This document shows, piece after piece, positions 61,880-64,000 of a stretch of 64,000 nucleotides of DNA. A program made the translations under genes and the position numbers. This stretch comes from Chara braunii (taxonomy: Eukaryota > Plantae > Charophyceae): the NCBI GenBank assembly GCA_003427395.1, contig BFEA01000009.1:4529726-4593725 (forward strand), in the 5' to 3' direction. Numbering within the stretch: the first letter of the stretch is position 1; each line of letters begins with the position of its first letter. The notes below the pieces were generated by a model. That model was not told the DNA's origin, searched no databases, and was given only the letters and a program-made list of their open reading frames with translations.

Positions 61880-62905
61880 ACCAATGTCCAACATTTGGGG
61901 GAGGAGGGGTGTGGGGAGGTGGAGGCATAGGTCCCCCTCTCCCCACACATGCACATCATCCATGATGTGCATCCAACGAACCAGTCACACCGAAACAATT
62001 TCGCAAGGCTTTGACTGTTTGACATGAATTTTCTCCTCCGCAGAAGCAGATCATGCTCACAACCTGAATTTTCCCTCGCACTGACAATGCGATGAGGTGC
62101 AGGAAAGGGGAAGGTGTGGCCCCCCCCCCCCCTCTCCACACATGCACATCGTCCAAGATGTCCATCCAACAAACCGGTCGGTGCGGTCACACTGAAACTA
62201 TTTTGCAAGGTGACAAAATACACACACAGACTCCGACATGAAGTCTGATCCGCAAAAACAGACCACACTCATGACCTCAACTTTCTGCCGCACTAAGGGC
62301 AGACCCACACTCGGGACTCAAAATCCCAGAATCGCATAATCAGTGGCCAGATCCAGTCCTCCTCAAAGAAGAACTCGATCCGGCTGCTCATTTTGCTATT
62401 CTATGATTTTGAGGGTCGAGTGTGAGTATACTCTAACAATGTCCAACATTTCGGGGAAGCTGGCATCCATGATATGCATCCAACGAACCAGTCGCACTGA
62501 AACAATTTTGCCAGTCGGTACTTCGATTCATATTATTGAATGGAATCCAGGCCAAGGCGCCACATTCGTTCGCGCTGCAGGGAGTTTTGCTCAATTGATT
62601 CAAAAACGTGAGGCAACCGTCAGGTTGCGGTACCCTCAAAGCCTCAGGCGCGTGTTATTGTCTATAAATTCTCAGGCTTTGACATGGTCCCACCTGCAGA
62701 CACAGACAACACCCACAACCTTCCATGCTGTGCATCCAATGAACCAGTCACACCGGAACAATTTGGCAAGCTGGCAAAATACACGCACAGGCTTTGACAT
62801 GAAGAAGTCTCATCCGCAAAAAACAGATTGCACTCACAACCTGAATTTCTCCTCGAGCTGACAATGTTAAACATTTGAAGGCGGAGGGGTGTGGGGAGGG
62901 GTGCA
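61880..62905. repeat. Degenerate local repeat, ~4 copies of a ~190-250 bp unit
   Basis: CATCCAA.GAACCAGTC.CAC.GAAAC.ATTT at ~61970, ~62163, ~62477, ~62733; CACAACCTGAATTT and GGAGGGGTGTGGGGAGG also recur. Confidence 0.75.
62508..62672 (+). pseudogene. rpl2: Ribosomal protein L2 fragment, organellar (mitochondrial-like) insertion
   Basis: LPVGTSIHIIEWNPGQGATFVRAAGSFAQLI matches the uL2 motif IPxGTxVHNIExxPGxGxxxxRAAGxxAQ; IEWNPGQGA resembles plant mitochondrial rpl2. Confidence 0.8.
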
Positions 62906-63483
62906 TCCCATTATCATTATTTTGCCTGCGTCACTCAGCCGGAGGTTCCAAGTTCCAACAAACCAGTTACACAGAGACAATCTGGCTGTACACACTTGAG
63001 TATGCCCCTATGCAAGGAAACTGAACAGAAGCGAGATGACGATATTCAGATTGCACAATCACATTGAAAGCCAGGTCGTATCACAGTGTTCAGAAAGCAG
63101 CATTGCACCAATATAACACCAATGGAGAATCGTAGCACTGAAAACCAATGTTAATGAGAGCTTACTCTTGCCACCGCCAACATATATATCCAGTCCCTAT
63201 GTTGCATACTGTAACGGTGCAGACCAGAACAAGAACCGACCTCTCGATACAAAGTACAAGATAGCGTAGCGGAAGACTTAGATACCAATGATCCGAACAA
63301 TCAATATTGCAATGCAGCCCCGAACATACATCATCATCATCATTCCATGGTGTGAAGGGGTCTGGCGCTCACACAGGAAGAATGCGCCAGCCCCAACCAT
63401 ACACAGACGAAGAAGAGGGGGGTTAGACGAAGAAGAGGGGAAGATGGGAATGTCGTCAACACCAAGTCTTCAGCACAGGCCCA

Positions 63484-63763
63484 NNNNNNNNNNNNNNNNN
63501 NNNNNNNNNNNNNNNNNNNNNNNNNNNNNNNNNNNNNNNNNNNNNNNNNNNNNNNNNNNNNNNNNNNNNNNNNNNNNNNNNNNNNNNNNNNNNNNNNNNN
63601 NNNNNNNNNNNNNNNNNNNNNNNNNNNNNNNNNNNNNNNNNNNNNNNNNNNNNNNNNNNNNNNNNNNNNNNNNNNNNNNNNNNNNNNNNNNNNNNNNNNN
63701 NNNNNNNNNNNNNNNNNNNNNNNNNNNNNNNNNNNNNNNNNNNNNNNNNNNNNNNNNNNNNNN
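63484..63763. other. Assembly gap (N run)
   Basis: N run. Confidence 1.
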
Positions 63764-63847
63764 GGAGCTGGAGCTATGGCGCCACAGGTAAGTCTCACTG
63801 GCCTCCGCCAGCCATCTCTCCCCAACACTACTACTACCACCTACTAG

Positions 63848-63945
63848 CGCCCAGCGCTGAAGACTACTGCTATGGCTACTGGCACCCAGCGCTGAAGACT
63901 ACTGCTATGGCTACTGGCGCCCAGCGCTGAAGACTACTGCTAGCG
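63848..63945. repeat. ~35-bp tandem repeat, ~2.7 copies
   Basis: CCCAGCGCTGAAGACTACTGCTATGGCTACTGGC repeated. Confidence 0.9.
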
Positions 63946-64000
63946 CTAAGCTACTCCGGCAGCGCTCCTCCTGAGTGCTGCGGCCGAATCCTGAAGACTA

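Noticed and set aside
63764-63795. Host exon ending in CAG|GTAAGT
   Set aside because: Only ~24 bp visible after a gap; cannot support a gene call

Overview
Eukaryotic, repeat-saturated nuclear DNA with no intact host gene. It is plant/streptophyte-alga-like; the Ty3 pol style, the organellar rpl2 fragment and the Nextera mate-pair scars would fit a Chara-type draft assembly, but that is inference. The window is a nest of transposons. (1) A decayed non-chromovirus Ty3/Gypsy element with giant (~9.1 kb) LTRs: 5' LTR pieces 4738-26733, tRNA-Asp PBS 26738-26755, gag-pol 32029-37705, 3' LTR 39008-48118. It apparently sits in the protease region of (2) a decayed chromodomain-bearing Ty3 element (48119-52617). 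The 5' LTR is split by four younger insertions whose empty sites are visible in the 3' LTR. Three of these end in ...ACA at 4-bp NCGG targets (...-4737, 8129-15834, 18875-24209) and one is an 8-bp-TSD DNA element (16379-17787). Most striking: an array of 11 structurally conserved hairpins with an (A)TCTTA loop, co-varying stems and unique spacers (11047-11952) inside the 7.7-kb insertion; an unknown ~110-aa domain repeated in both LTRs and 4-5 times ahead of gag; and apparent NCGG target specificity. The right end holds a hAT-like MITE, hammerhead-core motifs, foldback repeats, a tRNA-like head and an rpl2 fragment. Two Nextera junction adapters and four N gaps are assembly artefacts. All alignments and folds were done by eye.
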